The notes under the pieces were generated by a model. It was not told the origin of the DNA, ran no database searches, and saw only the letters and a program-made list of their open reading frames with translations. A stretch of DNA of 64,000 nucleotides from Nitrosopumilus sp. (GTDB taxonomy: Archaea > Thermoproteota > Nitrososphaeria > Nitrososphaerales > Nitrosopumilaceae): positions 704,001 through 768,000 of the forward strand of contig OY759726.1 of assembly GCA_963662625.1 (NCBI GenBank), read 5' to 3'. The translations under genes and the position numbers were made by a program. How positions within the stretch are numbered: position 1 is the first letter of the stretch; each line of letters starts with the position of its first letter. Below are positions 51,041-61,337 of the stretch, one piece after another.

Positions 51041-51967
51041 TCACCCGGCGATCTTGATGGTCTTCTTGATCAGCGCCGCCCTGTTCCTTATCGTCACGCC
51101 GCTCACCCCGGACTCTTGCGCAAACCGCTTCTGGCTGATGCTCTCCCCGTTTATGACGCACGCCAGGTAGAGCGACGCAGTTGCCTGGGCCACCGGGTGC
51201 TTGCCGGCGGTGATCCTCTTGGCCTCGCAGCGCTTGAGGATGTCAAACGCGTCCCGCTTTGTCTTCTCGCTCAGGGCCATGTTGTTTGATATCTTTGTGA
51301 TGAACGACGCCGTGTCGTACTGGCTCAGGTTCAGGCCCAGCTTCCTGACCAGGGTCCTCAGGTCCCTTGAGAGCACCTTCCGCTCCACGTTTCCCGCGCC
51401 GCTTATGTCGTCGAGGGTCCGGGGTATGCTGTTCTCCCTGCATGCCGCGTAAAGCGCCGCGGCGATCAGCGACGCCATGCTCCTCCCCCGGGTGAGCCTC
51501 GCTGCCACGGCCTTCCTGTAGATGTAGGCGGCCCCCTCCACCACGTTGTTGGGGATGCCGAGCTTTGCCTGCATCGCGTGCAGCCGCGTGAAGGCCTTGC
51601 CCAGCTTGCTGTTGGAGCGCGACTTGCTCCTCTGGTCCCACAGCCGGAGCCTGTTGAACTCGAATTTCGTCTTGGTAGGCAGCAGGTGCCCGGACGAGTC
51701 CTTGTTGGCGCCGATCACCGTGGACAGGCCCTTGTCGTACATCGTCAGCGACGTCGCCGGCCCGGTCCTCGTCATCCTCATAAAGTCCTCCACGGAAAAC
51801 CTGCTGTTCTCGTGCGACATGTCGGCCATGTTTTGCACTAGGACAAGACCGCAACCCCCGCAGACAACCTCTCCTCGATCCGAATCGGTAACCATGGGGT
51901 AGGTTTGGCAGGTGTCGTGCTGGCACCTGGCCTGATAATCACTAGAAGAATGTACTACCACTACCAA
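51041..51967 (-). CDS. tfb: Transcription initiation factor IIB
   Basis: Zn ribbon, DKGLST, RGRS, PRTL, GKHP, VTIRNR. Confidence 0.92.
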   Translation of the reverse strand: MVVVVHSSSDYQARCQHDTCQTYPMVTDSDRGEVVCGGCGLVLVQNMADMSHENSRFSVEDFMRMTRTGPATSLTMYDKGLSTVIGANKDSSGHLLPTKTKFEFNRLRLWDQRSKSRSNSKLGKAFTRLHAMQAKLGIPNNVVEGAAYIYRKAVAARLTRGRSMASLIAAALYAACRENSIPRTLDDISGAGNVERKVLSRDLRTLVRKLGLNLSQYDTASFITKISNNMALSEKTKRDAFDILKRCEAKRITAGKHPVAQATASLYLACVINGESISQKRFAQESGVSGVTIRNRAALIKKTIKIAG

Positions 51968-52166
51968 TTACTATACGCGGCCATCGGATAAAAGGCGAGC
52001 GCAACAGGCAGTTTTGGTTTGCTGGCCGCGCCGGCGCGACAAAAATTTCCGGGTGATCCCCGCGGCGTGCCACGGCAGTGGTGGTACGCCCGCGCGCCGT
52101 ATTAAGTGTTGGCAGGCCGGCTGCGGCGCGGGGCCTGCCGGGCCACGGAATGCCGGGCCGGCGCGA

Positions 52167-52361
52167 TCACTGCTTCTTGATCGACTCTAAAGAATGGCCG
52201 CGGTTCATCACCATCTGGGTTATCGCCTCGGCCGTGTACTCTATTCCGTGCTCGCCTTCAAAATGCTCCCTGAGCTTTTCCAGCAGGCCGGTGTTCTTTT
52301 CGCCTTCCAGGACATAGTCGCACTCGAAACCATAGTCCCCGCACCTTAGTTTAAGGGTCAT
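52167..52361 (-). CDS. DUF1059-like small metal-binding protein
   Basis: C.DYGFECD..H..EHG. Confidence 0.75.
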   Translation of the reverse strand: MTLKLRCGDYGFECDYVLEGEKNTGLLEKLREHFEGEHGIEYTAEAITQMVMNRGHSLESIKKQ

Positions 52362-52424
52362 CAGGGTTTGAGAAATAACCAGCATATAAAAACCATAAAG
52401 CCCGGAACCGGCCCGGCGGGCCGC

Positions 52425-52634
52425 CTACCTGACGATCTGCTCCAGGTACTTTGCCTTGCCCTTTCTGCTCCTGGGCAGGCACCTCAGCTGCCTGTTGCAG
52501 CACGGGCAGCATATCCCGTCATAGTCCACGAACACCTCGCAGTGGTTGCACCTCTTCTGCCCCGCGGCATACCTGCCTATCTGCGCCGGCTTTGCGGCCT
52601 TGTACTTTCTGCACTCCCCGATGCAGTAAGTCAC
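52425..52634 (-). CDS. Small Cys-rich protein
   Basis: CIGEC..RY..GQKRCNHC..CPCC..LR..PR. Confidence 0.75.
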   Translation of the reverse strand: MTYCIGECRKYKAAKPAQIGRYAAGQKRCNHCEVFVDYDGICCPCCNRQLRCLPRSRKGKAKYLEQIVR

Positions 52635-52739
52635 GAGACTCCACCCAGCATGGCCATCTAATGTACCTAACAGCGAAAAAATAAAACTTTTGCTTGCGGC
52701 CCCCTTTAAATAATTTAAAGCCCGCGGCGGGCCCGGGGA

Positions 52740-53255
52740 TCAGATCAGGTCCCTTGACCGTAGAAAGTCCTTCACCTTGTTCACGCTGTCGGTGACGCCC
52801 TCGTTTTCCGTGTTTACCACCAGGTCGGCGTCGGGCGGGGCCTCGTAGGGGTCGTCTATCCCCGTGAATCCCTTGATCTCCCCCTGCCTGGCCTTGGCGT
52901 ACATTCCCTTGACGTCCCTCTCCTCGCACTCGTCCAACGAGCACTTTACGTAGCACTCTGCGAACTGGTCGCCGGCGCCGATGATCTGCCTGGCGGCCTC
53001 CCTGTTCTCGACGTAGGGCGAGACCAGCGAGACGGCGCTGGGCACCCCGTGCTTTAGCAGCAGTTTTGCGAGGTGCGCGACCCTCTTGTTGTGTTCGTCA
53101 CGCCCGGCCTTTGAAAAATCCTTGGGCGAGAACCACTCCCGCAGCTCGTCGCCGTCCAGCATCGCCAGGTTGGGGACGTCTTTTTGCAGGTCCTTTACTA
53201 TTGTCGTCTTTCCGGAGCACGGAAGGCCCGTCATCCATAGAACAAACGGCTTCAT
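52740..53255 (-). CDS. cysC: Adenylyl-sulfate kinase
   Basis: TGLPCSGKTT, LDGD, RDVKGMY, FTGIDDPYE.P. Confidence 0.93.
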   Translation of the reverse strand: MKPFVLWMTGLPCSGKTTIVKDLQKDVPNLAMLDGDELREWFSPKDFSKAGRDEHNKRVAHLAKLLLKHGVPSAVSLVSPYVENREAARQIIGAGDQFAECYVKCSLDECEERDVKGMYAKARQGEIKGFTGIDDPYEAPPDADLVVNTENEGVTDSVNKVKDFLRSRDLI

Positions 53256-53338
53256 GAACCAAGTCCCAAGTGGATCCCATAAAGAGCTTGTGTTGGCGGC
53301 GTGCGCCGGGCCGCCCGGGCCCCGCCGGGCGCGCCGCC

Positions 53339-53884
53339 TTACGCGTCCCGGAACCAGGGCCGCCCCTCGAGGAACTCGATCTCCCTTGCCACCTCCCCCA
53401 CCTTCCTGGTGGTGGCCATGACCGACCTGAACTGCTCGAACATCTCCTGCTCCTCCTCCCGGGAGAGGATCTCCGCCTCTGCCCTGTCGAAAAAGTCCTC
53501 CTCCTTTCTCATGTGGTCTGCCAGGTATATGGAGTAGGTCCTGAGGAACCTAGCGACTGGCTCCCTTGCGTCCCTGCCCTGCCTCCACTCCGACAGGTGC
53601 CTGGAGATCTGCCTTGCGATCCTCCGGGAGAACTCGTGCTCTATCATCAGGTTCTTTATCTCGGTCCTCAGGTGCCCGTAGCTTGCCACGCACGGGAAGT
53701 AAGAGTCCTCCTCCCGGGAGTAGTGGACGGAGTCGAGGAACTCCTCGATGACCCCCGTTATGCGCTCAATGTCCCCTAGCGGGACGTGCCTTCCCGCGTA
53801 AAGCTCGCCGTAGCATCTCACGATCACCTTCTCGAGGCGCCTGATCTGCACGTGGTCCTGGCGGAGGGACTCGGTGGCACTCAC
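53339..53884 (-). CDS. Hemerythrin-domain protein
   Basis: DH..H..REE..FP..EH..H..KEE pattern. Confidence 0.85.
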   Translation of the reverse strand: MSATESLRQDHVQIRRLEKVIVRCYGELYAGRHVPLGDIERITGVIEEFLDSVHYSREEDSYFPCVASYGHLRTEIKNLMIEHEFSRRIARQISRHLSEWRQGRDAREPVARFLRTYSIYLADHMRKEEDFFDRAEAEILSREEEQEMFEQFRSVMATTRKVGEVAREIEFLEGRPWFRDA

Positions 53885-54051
53885 GCGCCTTCTAGCGCGG
53901 CGCATGATTTAACTTGTGCCCCGGCGCGCCGGCCGTTGGCCCGCTTTGGCAGGGCGGGCCTCGTTCTGCGCGACGCTGGGGGCGTTTTGGCTGGAGGGTT
54001 GACGGCGCGCTGATCATGGTTTTTATTGCACGTGACGCAAGCTGGTACCCT

Positions 54052-55476
54052 ATGGACTGGATCGTTCTGTATGTCTTGGATTTGGTCAGGGGGCAGGGGG
54101 GAGAGGCGATACTGCCGGCGCTGCTGGATCCCGAGCAGATGATGGCAAGGGTGGCGGATCTGGAGGCCGTCATAGCCGGCATGGCCTTTAACGAGGATCC
54201 CATGGCGTCGGCGCCCGTGGTCCTGCTCGCGGCGGGGGTGGTGATCTTCCTCGGGGTCGCGGGGGAGGCGTTCTTCAAGCGGACCGGGATCCCCGACGTG
54301 GCGTTCCTGATGGTCCTGGGCGTGATCATCGGCCCGCTGCTGGGGATCATCCAGCCGGAGGTCGTGATCCAGATCGTCCCGTACTTTGCCGCCCTGGCGC
54401 TCATAATCATAATGTTCGACGGCGGGCTGAACCTGGACATCAAGCACATCATCAAGACGGCGCACTTTTCCCTCGTCCTCGCAATAGCCGGGTTCATCAT
54501 ATCGGTGGCGATCATCGCGACGGGCGCGTACTACCTGCTGGGATGGAAGCTGCTGGACAGCATACTGCTGGCCACGATCGTCGGCGGGAGCAGCTCCGCC
54601 ATAGTGTTCGGCCTGGTCCGCAACGTCAAGATCTCCAGGGAGGCCAAGTCCGTGCTCAGCTTCGAGTCCGCCATGACGGACATACTGGCCACGATAGTGG
54701 CGTTCGTCCTGTTCGAGGCGGTGCTGGCGGGCAGCTTTGACCTGCACACGCTCCAGGAGACCCTCGGGCGCGCCATCGCCGTCGGCCTGGTGCTCGGGTT
54801 CGGCGTCGGGATCCCGTGGATGTACATCACCACGAAGTTCACGAACGCGCAGCACGCCTACATGCTCACGCTGAGCATCCTGTTCGTGCTGTTCTTCCTG
54901 TCAAACTCGTTTGGCGAGTCGGGGGCGCTCACCGCGCTGGTGTTCGGGATGATGGTGGGAAACAAGGCCCGCCTGGCCGGCATCCTCAAGTTCAAGCTGC
55001 CGAAGATCAACGTCGACGATCCCACCCACAACCAGCTGACGTTCCTGGTAAGGTCGTTCTTCTTTGTGTTCGTCGGGCTGATGGCAAGCTTCGGCCGGAT
55101 AGAGTACATCGTGTTCGGGGTCCTGATCACCGTCGCCGTCTACTTTGGAAGGATGATGGTGGGCAAGGCCGTCCTGACAAAGAGGTTTTCAAGGCTGGAC
55201 AAGGCGGTGACAAACTCGATGATCCCCAGGGGCCTGGCCGCCGCGGTCCTTGCGACGTACCCGATAACCATGGGCCTGCCAAACGCGGAGGCGTACCCGC
55301 AGATAATCTTCTTCATCATCCTCGCGTCCGTGGTCATCACCACGATCGGCATGGGAAGGTCGAAGAGCATCCCTCCCCCGGAGCCGGTGGCCGGCGGATT
55401 CGTAAAGCCCCCGGGCGAGGAGCCCGAAGGCGAGGACGACGGGTGGGGCGGGGCGGCGCCGGGCGGGCGCGGCTAG
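54052..55476 (+). CDS. Cation:proton antiporter (start uncertain)
   Basis: Multi-TM; FDGG, FESAMTD, SFFFVFVG, PRGLAAAVLA. Confidence 0.9.
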   Translation: MDWIVLYVLDLVRGQGGEAILPALLDPEQMMARVADLEAVIAGMAFNEDPMASAPVVLLAAGVVIFLGVAGEAFFKRTGIPDVAFLMVLGVIIGPLLGIIQPEVVIQIVPYFAALALIIIMFDGGLNLDIKHIIKTAHFSLVLAIAGFIISVAIIATGAYYLLGWKLLDSILLATIVGGSSSAIVFGLVRNVKISREAKSVLSFESAMTDILATIVAFVLFEAVLAGSFDLHTLQETLGRAIAVGLVLGFGVGIPWMYITTKFTNAQHAYMLTLSILFVLFFLSNSFGESGALTALVFGMMVGNKARLAGILKFKLPKINVDDPTHNQLTFLVRSFFFVFVGLMASFGRIEYIVFGVLITVAVYFGRMMVGKAVLTKRFSRLDKAVTNSMIPRGLAAAVLATYPITMGLPNAEAYPQIIFFIILASVVITTIGMGRSKSIPPPEPVAGGFVKPPGEEPEGEDDGWGGAAPGGRG

Positions 55477-55601
55477 TGCGCCGCAGGACCGCCGGCCGCG
55501 CCGCCGCGCGCGAGGAGGCCGGCTGCAGGGCCACGGGGGCAGCTAGCCCTTGGTGCCCTTGTGCCTTATCAAAACCGCCGGTTGCGGGCGCGGATTCCTC
55601 G

Positions 55602-56516
55602 TCACAGGGACAGCGAGTCCTTGAGGCCCTTGTACCTGTTCCTGATGGTCACCTCGGTGACGTTCGCTGCCTCGGCTATGTCCCGCTGGGTCTTGTCCTC
55701 GTCGTTCTTCACGCATGACAGGTACAGCGCGGCCGCTGCCAGGCCCATGGGATCCTTGCCGGCCGAGACCTCGTTTTCCTGCGCCTTCTTGAGGACCTTG
55801 ACTGCGTGCCTCTTCGTCTTTTCGGCGATCCCCAGCCTGCTCGCGATCCGTGCCACGCACTGGATCGAGTCGGTCACCGGCATCTTCAGGTCAAGCTCCT
55901 TGACGAGCAGCCTGTAGCACCTCGCGATGTCCTTCCTCTTGATGTTGGCCGCCTGCTCCACGTCCTTGAGGTTTCGCGGGGTCTCGGTGTCGCGGCATGC
56001 CGCGTACAGCGCAGACGCCATCAGCGCGGAGATGGAGCGGCCCCTGACCAGGCCCTTGTCCAGCGCCTTCCTGTATATGTAGGCCGCCTTCTCGATCACG
56101 GCGTCGGATATGGCCAGCTTGTCCTTGAGCCTGTTCAGCTCGCTGAACGCCTGCCTGAAGTTCCTGTCCACAGGCTCGTGCACCTGGCTCCTGCTGTCCC
56201 AGGTGCGCAGCCTCTCTATGGTGCTCTTCATGGACGTGGTGAGCGGCCTTCCCGACGCGTCCTTGTTTGCAGGGTTGATGATCGTCGCCAGCCCCATGTC
56301 GTGTATCGTCAGCGACGTGGGGGCGCCCGCGCGCGCCCTGTCCCCGTGCTCGTCCTGGGTGAACGACCGCCATTCCGGCCCCGACTCTTGCAGCTTTTCG
56401 GTCAGCACGAAGCCGCATTTTGAGCAGAACATCTCCCCTGACTCGTTGTCGGTGACCAGCTTGCCGTGTGCGCACCTCGGGCACATCCCCTTCGTGTTGG
56501 ATGACTTGCCTGCCAT
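55602..56516 (-). CDS. tfb: Transcription initiation factor IIB
   Basis: CPRC..CSKCG, PEWRSF, HDMGL, GKDP, VTEVTIRNRY. Confidence 0.95.
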   Translation of the reverse strand: MAGKSSNTKGMCPRCAHGKLVTDNESGEMFCSKCGFVLTEKLQESGPEWRSFTQDEHGDRARAGAPTSLTIHDMGLATIINPANKDASGRPLTTSMKSTIERLRTWDSRSQVHEPVDRNFRQAFSELNRLKDKLAISDAVIEKAAYIYRKALDKGLVRGRSISALMASALYAACRDTETPRNLKDVEQAANIKRKDIARCYRLLVKELDLKMPVTDSIQCVARIASRLGIAEKTKRHAVKVLKKAQENEVSAGKDPMGLAAAALYLSCVKNDEDKTQRDIAEAANVTEVTIRNRYKGLKDSLSL

Positions 56517-56643
56517 GCTATGATTCTAGGTTCCTAGTCTCTTGTTATTTATGAATCAACAGCTTTTTGCTCCGGATCCGGGCCGTTTTGGGCCCACGGC
56601 AACACAGAATAGTCGCAAAATGGGCACAATCTCAGGAAAAATC

Positions 56644-57588
56644 ATGAGGGTTCTCTGGACGGCGGCGCTTGCGGTGGCCGCCCTTGGGGCGGTGTCGGGG
56701 GCGTTTGCCCAGACGATCAACCAGACCATGGAGGGCAGCATGGACGTCGAGATCACGCACCCGGGGGAGGTGGTGATCGGCAGGGAGGCGGCGATCTCGA
56801 TCCTGGTACGGAACAACGGGTGGGAGGACAAGCAGGACATCACCTTCGAGTTTTCCAGCCAGGACGGGAAGCTGGCGGCGACGCCCGCGAGGCTTGCCAT
56901 AGAGAAGCTGTCCCAGGGCGGCTCCTACGGGAGCAGCGTCGGCGTGGCGGTGGCGGGCGACGCGAACCCGGGGACCAACTTCCTGAACGTGGCGTACTCG
57001 CAGGTCCTGGTGGCAAGCAACGAGTCGCCACAGCCCGCCACCTTTCACAACATCGCGATCCCGATCACGCTGAAGGGGGGACCGCACGTCGCGATCTATG
57101 CCAAGGCGCCCGAGTCGATCTTCGCGTCCGCGGAGTTCCCGATCGAGGTGGGGGTGGCATCTGACGACGTCGACATCAGCGACGTCAGCATCTCGATAGT
57201 CCCGCCCGCGGACGTGGGGTTCAGGGGGGAGACCCTGCACGCGTTTTCGGCCATAAAGAAGGGCGAGCCCGTCTCCATCGCCTCGCGGATAGTCACGCCC
57301 GACGGGGAGGTCCTTGCGGAACACAGGCTGCCGTTTGAGATCGTCGTGGAGTATACCGACGACGTCGGGGAGCGGAAGACCGACTCGAGGACGGTGTCGG
57401 TGATCCTTAGGCCGAGGGTGTTCATGGAGCTTACCACCGAGGGCGGGATATGGGTGGGCGGCTTTTTCATCGCGCCGTATGTCTCCCTGGGGACCATCAT
57501 CGGCGTCCCGGCCGGGGCCCTGCTCACGCTGATCATAAGGCGGAGGACCAGATCCGGGTCGCGGGGCAGGAAGCGGCGCGGATCGTAG
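56644..57588 (+). CDS. Membrane-anchored protein with Ig-like domains
   Basis: Signal peptide, beta-rich domains, C-terminal TM plus basic tail. Confidence 0.7.
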   Translation: MRVLWTAALAVAALGAVSGAFAQTINQTMEGSMDVEITHPGEVVIGREAAISILVRNNGWEDKQDITFEFSSQDGKLAATPARLAIEKLSQGGSYGSSVGVAVAGDANPGTNFLNVAYSQVLVASNESPQPATFHNIAIPITLKGGPHVAIYAKAPESIFASAEFPIEVGVASDDVDISDVSISIVPPADVGFRGETLHAFSAIKKGEPVSIASRIVTPDGEVLAEHRLPFEIVVEYTDDVGERKTDSRTVSVILRPRVFMELTTEGGIWVGGFFIAPYVSLGTIIGVPAGALLTLIIRRRTRSGSRGRKRRGS

Positions 57589-57619
57589 GCCGGCGTCCCC
57601 GCGGGATCCCGGCGCGCGG

Positions 57620-58405
57620 CTACGCGCCGCTGAACTCGCGCACGATCCTGTCGTGGACGGGGCCGTTGGTGGCAAGGATCCCGTGCCGGTGGTACACGTC
57701 CCTGTTGTTGTACGTGAGTTCGTTTCCCCGCATGTCAGTCATCCTGCCCCCGGCCTCCCCTATTATGCAGTAGGACGCGGCGGAGTCCCATTCCTTCATC
57801 TTCTCGGTGGTGGCCATGTACACCTCCGCCTCCCCGGAGCTGATCTTTCCCACCTTCAGCGAGCTGCCGACGTGGGTAAACTTCCCGATCCCCAGTTTTT
57901 TGATGAGGGCCTTTTCCATTTCCGAGTGGCGGTGCCGGGAGCCCACCGCCCTGCACGCCGCCAGCTCGGAGGTCCCGGTGACGGCGAGCTTCTGCCACCT
58001 CCCGTCCGAATGCATGAACGCCCCGCCGCCCAGCTGTGCGGCATAGACGGTCTTCCCGGCGGGCCAGTTGATCACTCCCAGGACCGGTTTTTTGTTTCTG
58101 ACCAGGGCGATCATCACGGTAAACTCCCCTATCCTGTCAATAAAGTCCAGGGTGCCGTCAAGGGGATCCACTATCCAGACGGCCTCCTCGCCCAGCCTCG
58201 CCTCGTCGTCCCTGTCCTCCTCGGACAGGATCATGTACGGGGTGGCAGACAGTGCCCTCCTGATGACCTCGTTGCTTTTCAGGTCCGCCTCCGTCACGGG
58301 GGTGTCGTCGCTCTTCATGCGGGTCTCGAACTTCTTGCGGTAGACCCCCATGATGGAGTTTCCCGCGTCCACCGAGGCGCCGATTGCCAGGTCCAGCTCA
58401 GCCAT
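57620..58405 (-). CDS. cysQ: 3'(2'),5'-bisphosphate nucleotidase (inositol monophosphatase family)
   Basis: PVTEAD, LSEE, WIVDPLDGT, GSSLK, EWD.AA. Confidence 0.88.
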   Translation of the reverse strand: MAELDLAIGASVDAGNSIMGVYRKKFETRMKSDDTPVTEADLKSNEVIRRALSATPYMILSEEDRDDEARLGEEAVWIVDPLDGTLDFIDRIGEFTVMIALVRNKKPVLGVINWPAGKTVYAAQLGGGAFMHSDGRWQKLAVTGTSELAACRAVGSRHRHSEMEKALIKKLGIGKFTHVGSSLKVGKISSGEAEVYMATTEKMKEWDSAASYCIIGEAGGRMTDMRGNELTYNNRDVYHRHGILATNGPVHDRIVREFSGA

Positions 58406-58441
58406 GCTGCCTTTAATGGGAATTCCTTGCAACCGCATCCC

Positions 58442-58663
58442 CTATGTGGTGAGTTCCGGCCTTAGCGTCCAGACGACGCCCAGGACGACGAACGGGATCG
58501 ACATGATCCCCACGATTCCCAATATTATGTTGAATTGCGACTCTGATACCTGCGGGTTGTCGATTACCCAGGGGAGCGGGAGCGTGACTACCACCCAGAT
58601 CACGCCCAGCAGGATTATCAGCTTGGCCTTCTGCCTCTTCGTATGCATCATGGCCACTTCCAC
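58442..58663 (-). CDS. Small two-TM membrane protein
   Basis: Two hydrophobic helices. Confidence 0.7.
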   Translation of the reverse strand: MEVAMMHTKRQKAKLIILLGVIWVVVTLPLPWVIDNPQVSESQFNIILGIVGIMSIPFVVLGVVWTLRPELTT

Positions 58664-58847
58664 CGGGCGGTATTAAATTCATGTGAAACCTGTCCCCCGG
58701 GGCTGGCAGGCGGGCCTCCCGGGGCTGGGGGCGCCAAGAATTGCAAAAATCCCGCACGGGGGCCGCGAGATTTCATGTGAAATGTTAAATACTTAAAGTT
58801 CCTATACTGATTAATGCCGAAGGATGTAATTCCTATCGACTAAAACT

Positions 58848-58941
58848 GCGCGGCCCCGCAGAACAACCAAGGGAATCAGGCGTAAAACCGTCCTGACAGG
58901 AGAGGAAATCTCTCAACGTTCTGCAGTGAAGGGGGCTGCGC
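58848..58941 (+). ncRNA. Candidate structured ncRNA (family unknown, strand inferred)
   Basis: Nested stems GCGCGGCCCC/GGGGCTGCGC, GCAGAAC/GTTCTGC, TCAGG/CCTGA, GAGAG/CTCTC; TATA-like sequence upstream, T-rich sequence downstream. Confidence 0.5.
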
Positions 58942-58943
58942 CT

Positions 58944-59381
58944 TTAATTTCTTAAGAGATCCACCGAGACCGCGCCCCGGACGTTGCCGTTGGGGTCGAT
59001 CTCGATCAAGACGGCCCCGTCGCCCGGGACCGTGACCCGCTTCCGGCCGTCATAGTCCCAGGTGTAGTACTCGGAGATGCCCGTCTGGTGGGCGGTCCCG
59101 ACCAGCTCAAAGTCCTCCGAGAAGCCGAAGGCATCCCCCCGCAGCGTGATGCCCAGCACCCTGGGGCTGTCCCCGTTCGGGACGAATCTAAAGGTGTACT
59201 CTCCCCGGTCCAGGGCCACCCTCTCGGAGTAGACCCCGCCCTCGTACAGGTCCGGGCTTGCCAGCGTTATGTGGAACGCGACGTTGTTGGGCGCTTCCCG
59301 GCCCCCGTCGAGGAGGGCGGCGCCGGCGATGGCGGCGGCAACTGCGGCCGCCGCGGAGGCGGCGGCCAGTTTCTTGTTCAT
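58944..59381 (-). CDS. Hypothetical protein with an N-terminal membrane anchor
   Basis: MNKKLAAA..; FHITLA.P..Y..FVPNGDSP..YYTWDY. Confidence 0.7.
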   Translation of the reverse strand: MNKKLAAASAAAAVAAAIAGAALLDGGREAPNNVAFHITLASPDLYEGGVYSERVALDRGEYTFRFVPNGDSPRVLGITLRGDAFGFSEDFELVGTAHQTGISEYYTWDYDGRKRVTVPGDGAVLIEIDPNGNVRGAVSVDLLRN

Positions 59382-59602
59382 GCACCCCCTAGCCGCGCCA
59401 CGAAGATAAGTTTCTTGATCGCGCCTGGGGGCGGGCCCGCCGCGGTTGCCGGGCGCGTCCCGGCCGCCAGGCACGCTCCGTTGGCGGGGCCGCGGATTCC
59501 GCTGCCGGGCGGCCCGGGGCGCCGATCAGCTGCGTCAAATTTTACTATCTGTTAACCAATCTTTACACCTGAAATTAAGTACAAACTGCAGCATCCTAAC
59601 TG

Positions 59603-60244
59603 TTGCCAAGTTTTCAAGACAGGTGGATCCATAACCCGAACCCGGGCATGGGCGAGAAGATCAACGACGCCCTGAGGCCAAAGGGGCCGCTGAGGCCCAA
59701 GATCGAGGCGGGCATCAAAAAGCTCCAGGCGCAGATCTCCAAGCTTGACTCCATGCTGGCCAAGCTGAACGAGAGGGACGCCAAGCTGTTCAAGAGGATC
59801 GTGGAAGCCACGCAGTCCCACGACGCGGGCACGAGCAGGGTGCTGTCAAAGGAGCTGGCCGAGGTAAGGAGCGTGACCAAGGTTCTGGGCAACGCCAGGA
59901 TGGCCTTGGAGAAGATCGAGCTCAGGCTGACTACCTACCACGACCTCGGGGACACGGTGGGCACCATAATGCCGACGCTCGGCCTGATGAAGAACCTCAA
60001 GTCGTCCCTGGCAAAGTTCGTGCCCGGAGCCGATCAGGAGATCCACCAGATGGCGGAGATGCTGGGCGGGTTCATGACCGACAGCTTCTCGGGCGACGGA
60101 GCGTTCGGGCTGGACGAGGCGACGAGCTCAGAGTCCGAAAAGATCCTCCGGGAGGCGTCCGCCGTCGCAGAGAGCTCCGCCGGGGAGCGTTTCCCGACTA
60201 CGCCTGCCGACGTCATGGCGTCCACGACCACAAAGTCGCTGTAG
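59603..60244 (+). CDS. cdvB: CdvB/ESCRT-III (Snf7) family protein
   Basis: PLRPKI..Q..KLD..L.ERD..LF..ELAEVR..ALE.I.LRL.T..DLGD..IL.EA. Confidence 0.85.
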   Translation: MPSFQDRWIHNPNPGMGEKINDALRPKGPLRPKIEAGIKKLQAQISKLDSMLAKLNERDAKLFKRIVEATQSHDAGTSRVLSKELAEVRSVTKVLGNARMALEKIELRLTTYHDLGDTVGTIMPTLGLMKNLKSSLAKFVPGADQEIHQMAEMLGGFMTDSFSGDGAFGLDEATSSESEKILREASAVAESSAGERFPTTPADVMASTTTKSL

Positions 60245-60247
60245 CCG

Positions 60248-60772
60248 CTAGCCCTCCAGCTTTTCTGACTCCCGTATCCGCCTGATCCTGCTGCCCTCGT
60301 CGTCGACTATCCTGTCGATTCCCACGAGCCTGTCCCTCAGGCTGTTGATAAGCAGGCCTACCTCGTCTGCCTCGTTCTCCACCTGCTGGCGCTTTTCTGC
60401 CAGGTCCGTAATCCCCCTGTTCTCCTCGTTGATGTACTCGCCGACCTTCTGAAGCTTCTCCTTGAGGTTTTTGATGTCCACGGACTCTTCCTCGATCTCT
60501 TTCTCAAGGCCGGTCCTCTTGTCCTTCAGGTTTTTGATCATCAGGCCGACGTGATCGATTGCCTCCTCCAGCTGTGCGCGCTTTCCCATCAGTTCCCCGA
60601 TGCCTATCTGACTCGATGATCCGGGGCCCTCTGGCCCGCCGTCGGCCTCCTCGGGCCGCTCCACGGGCCCCTCCCGGGGGCCCTCTGGCCCGCCGTCGGC
60701 CTCCTCGGACCCGTCCCTTCTCTCCTCTACGGCCTCGCCGCCGTCGCCGTCCTTCTTGAATTTGTCAAACAC
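60248..60772 (-). CDS. Coiled-coil protein
   Basis: Heptad pattern; EEADGGPEGP occurs twice in the acidic N-terminus. Confidence 0.7.
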   Translation of the reverse strand: MFDKFKKDGDGGEAVEERRDGSEEADGGPEGPREGPVERPEEADGGPEGPGSSSQIGIGELMGKRAQLEEAIDHVGLMIKNLKDKRTGLEKEIEEESVDIKNLKEKLQKVGEYINEENRGITDLAEKRQQVENEADEVGLLINSLRDRLVGIDRIVDDEGSRIRRIRESEKLEG

Positions 60773-60980
60773 TCTGCTATGTTCTGGGAAAATAAGAATA
60801 AAAAGTTATTATAATCTAGCGCTCGCGCGCGATTTGGGTGCCGTAAAAGCCGCCGCGCGGCGCCCGGCCCCCCGCCGGCGCGTTTTTGCCAGAAAACGGG
60901 CGCCGGAACGGCGTTCCGCTACGCGTCCCGCTTTGGCGTTTCATGGTGTACCTCATACGCGCCGCTGCCGTATGGCATGC

Positions 60981-61268
60981 ATGGCAAAACAACAATACAG
61001 GTCAGAAATGGGCATAATGGGCGACATCCTGGACGTTGCCGCAGACGGCGGCCGCGGCGGGGTGATCGTGTCTGCAATATCCAGGAGGGCCAACCTGTCC
61101 CACTATGCGGTGCTCAGCAAGTGCGAGAAGCTGGTGGATGCGGGGCTGGTGGAGTCGGTCAGGAACGACAGGAACAGGGTCTTTTTGATAACCGAGAAGG
61201 GGCTCCAGTTCTTCCAGGAGTTCAACAGGTTCCGGGAGCTGGTCAAGAACCTGAACCTGAGGTACTAG
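60981..61268 (+). CDS. Winged-HTH transcriptional regulator
   Basis: YRSEM.I..DIL..I..ANLS..L...GL..ITEKG. Confidence 0.85.
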   Translation: MAKQQYRSEMGIMGDILDVAADGGRGGVIVSAISRRANLSHYAVLSKCEKLVDAGLVESVRNDRNRVFLITEKGLQFFQEFNRFRELVKNLNLRY

Positions 61269-61337
61269 GGGATGGGCGCGGCGTCAGGCGTCCCCGTGCC
61301 GGGGACGCCCCCCCTGAAGGGAATGCTTTTTGTAAGG

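Noticed and set aside
58810-58920. Glycine riboswitch (GCCGAAGG, TCAGG, GGAGAG words)
   Set aside because: The motifs are in the wrong order and there is no downstream co-directional gene.
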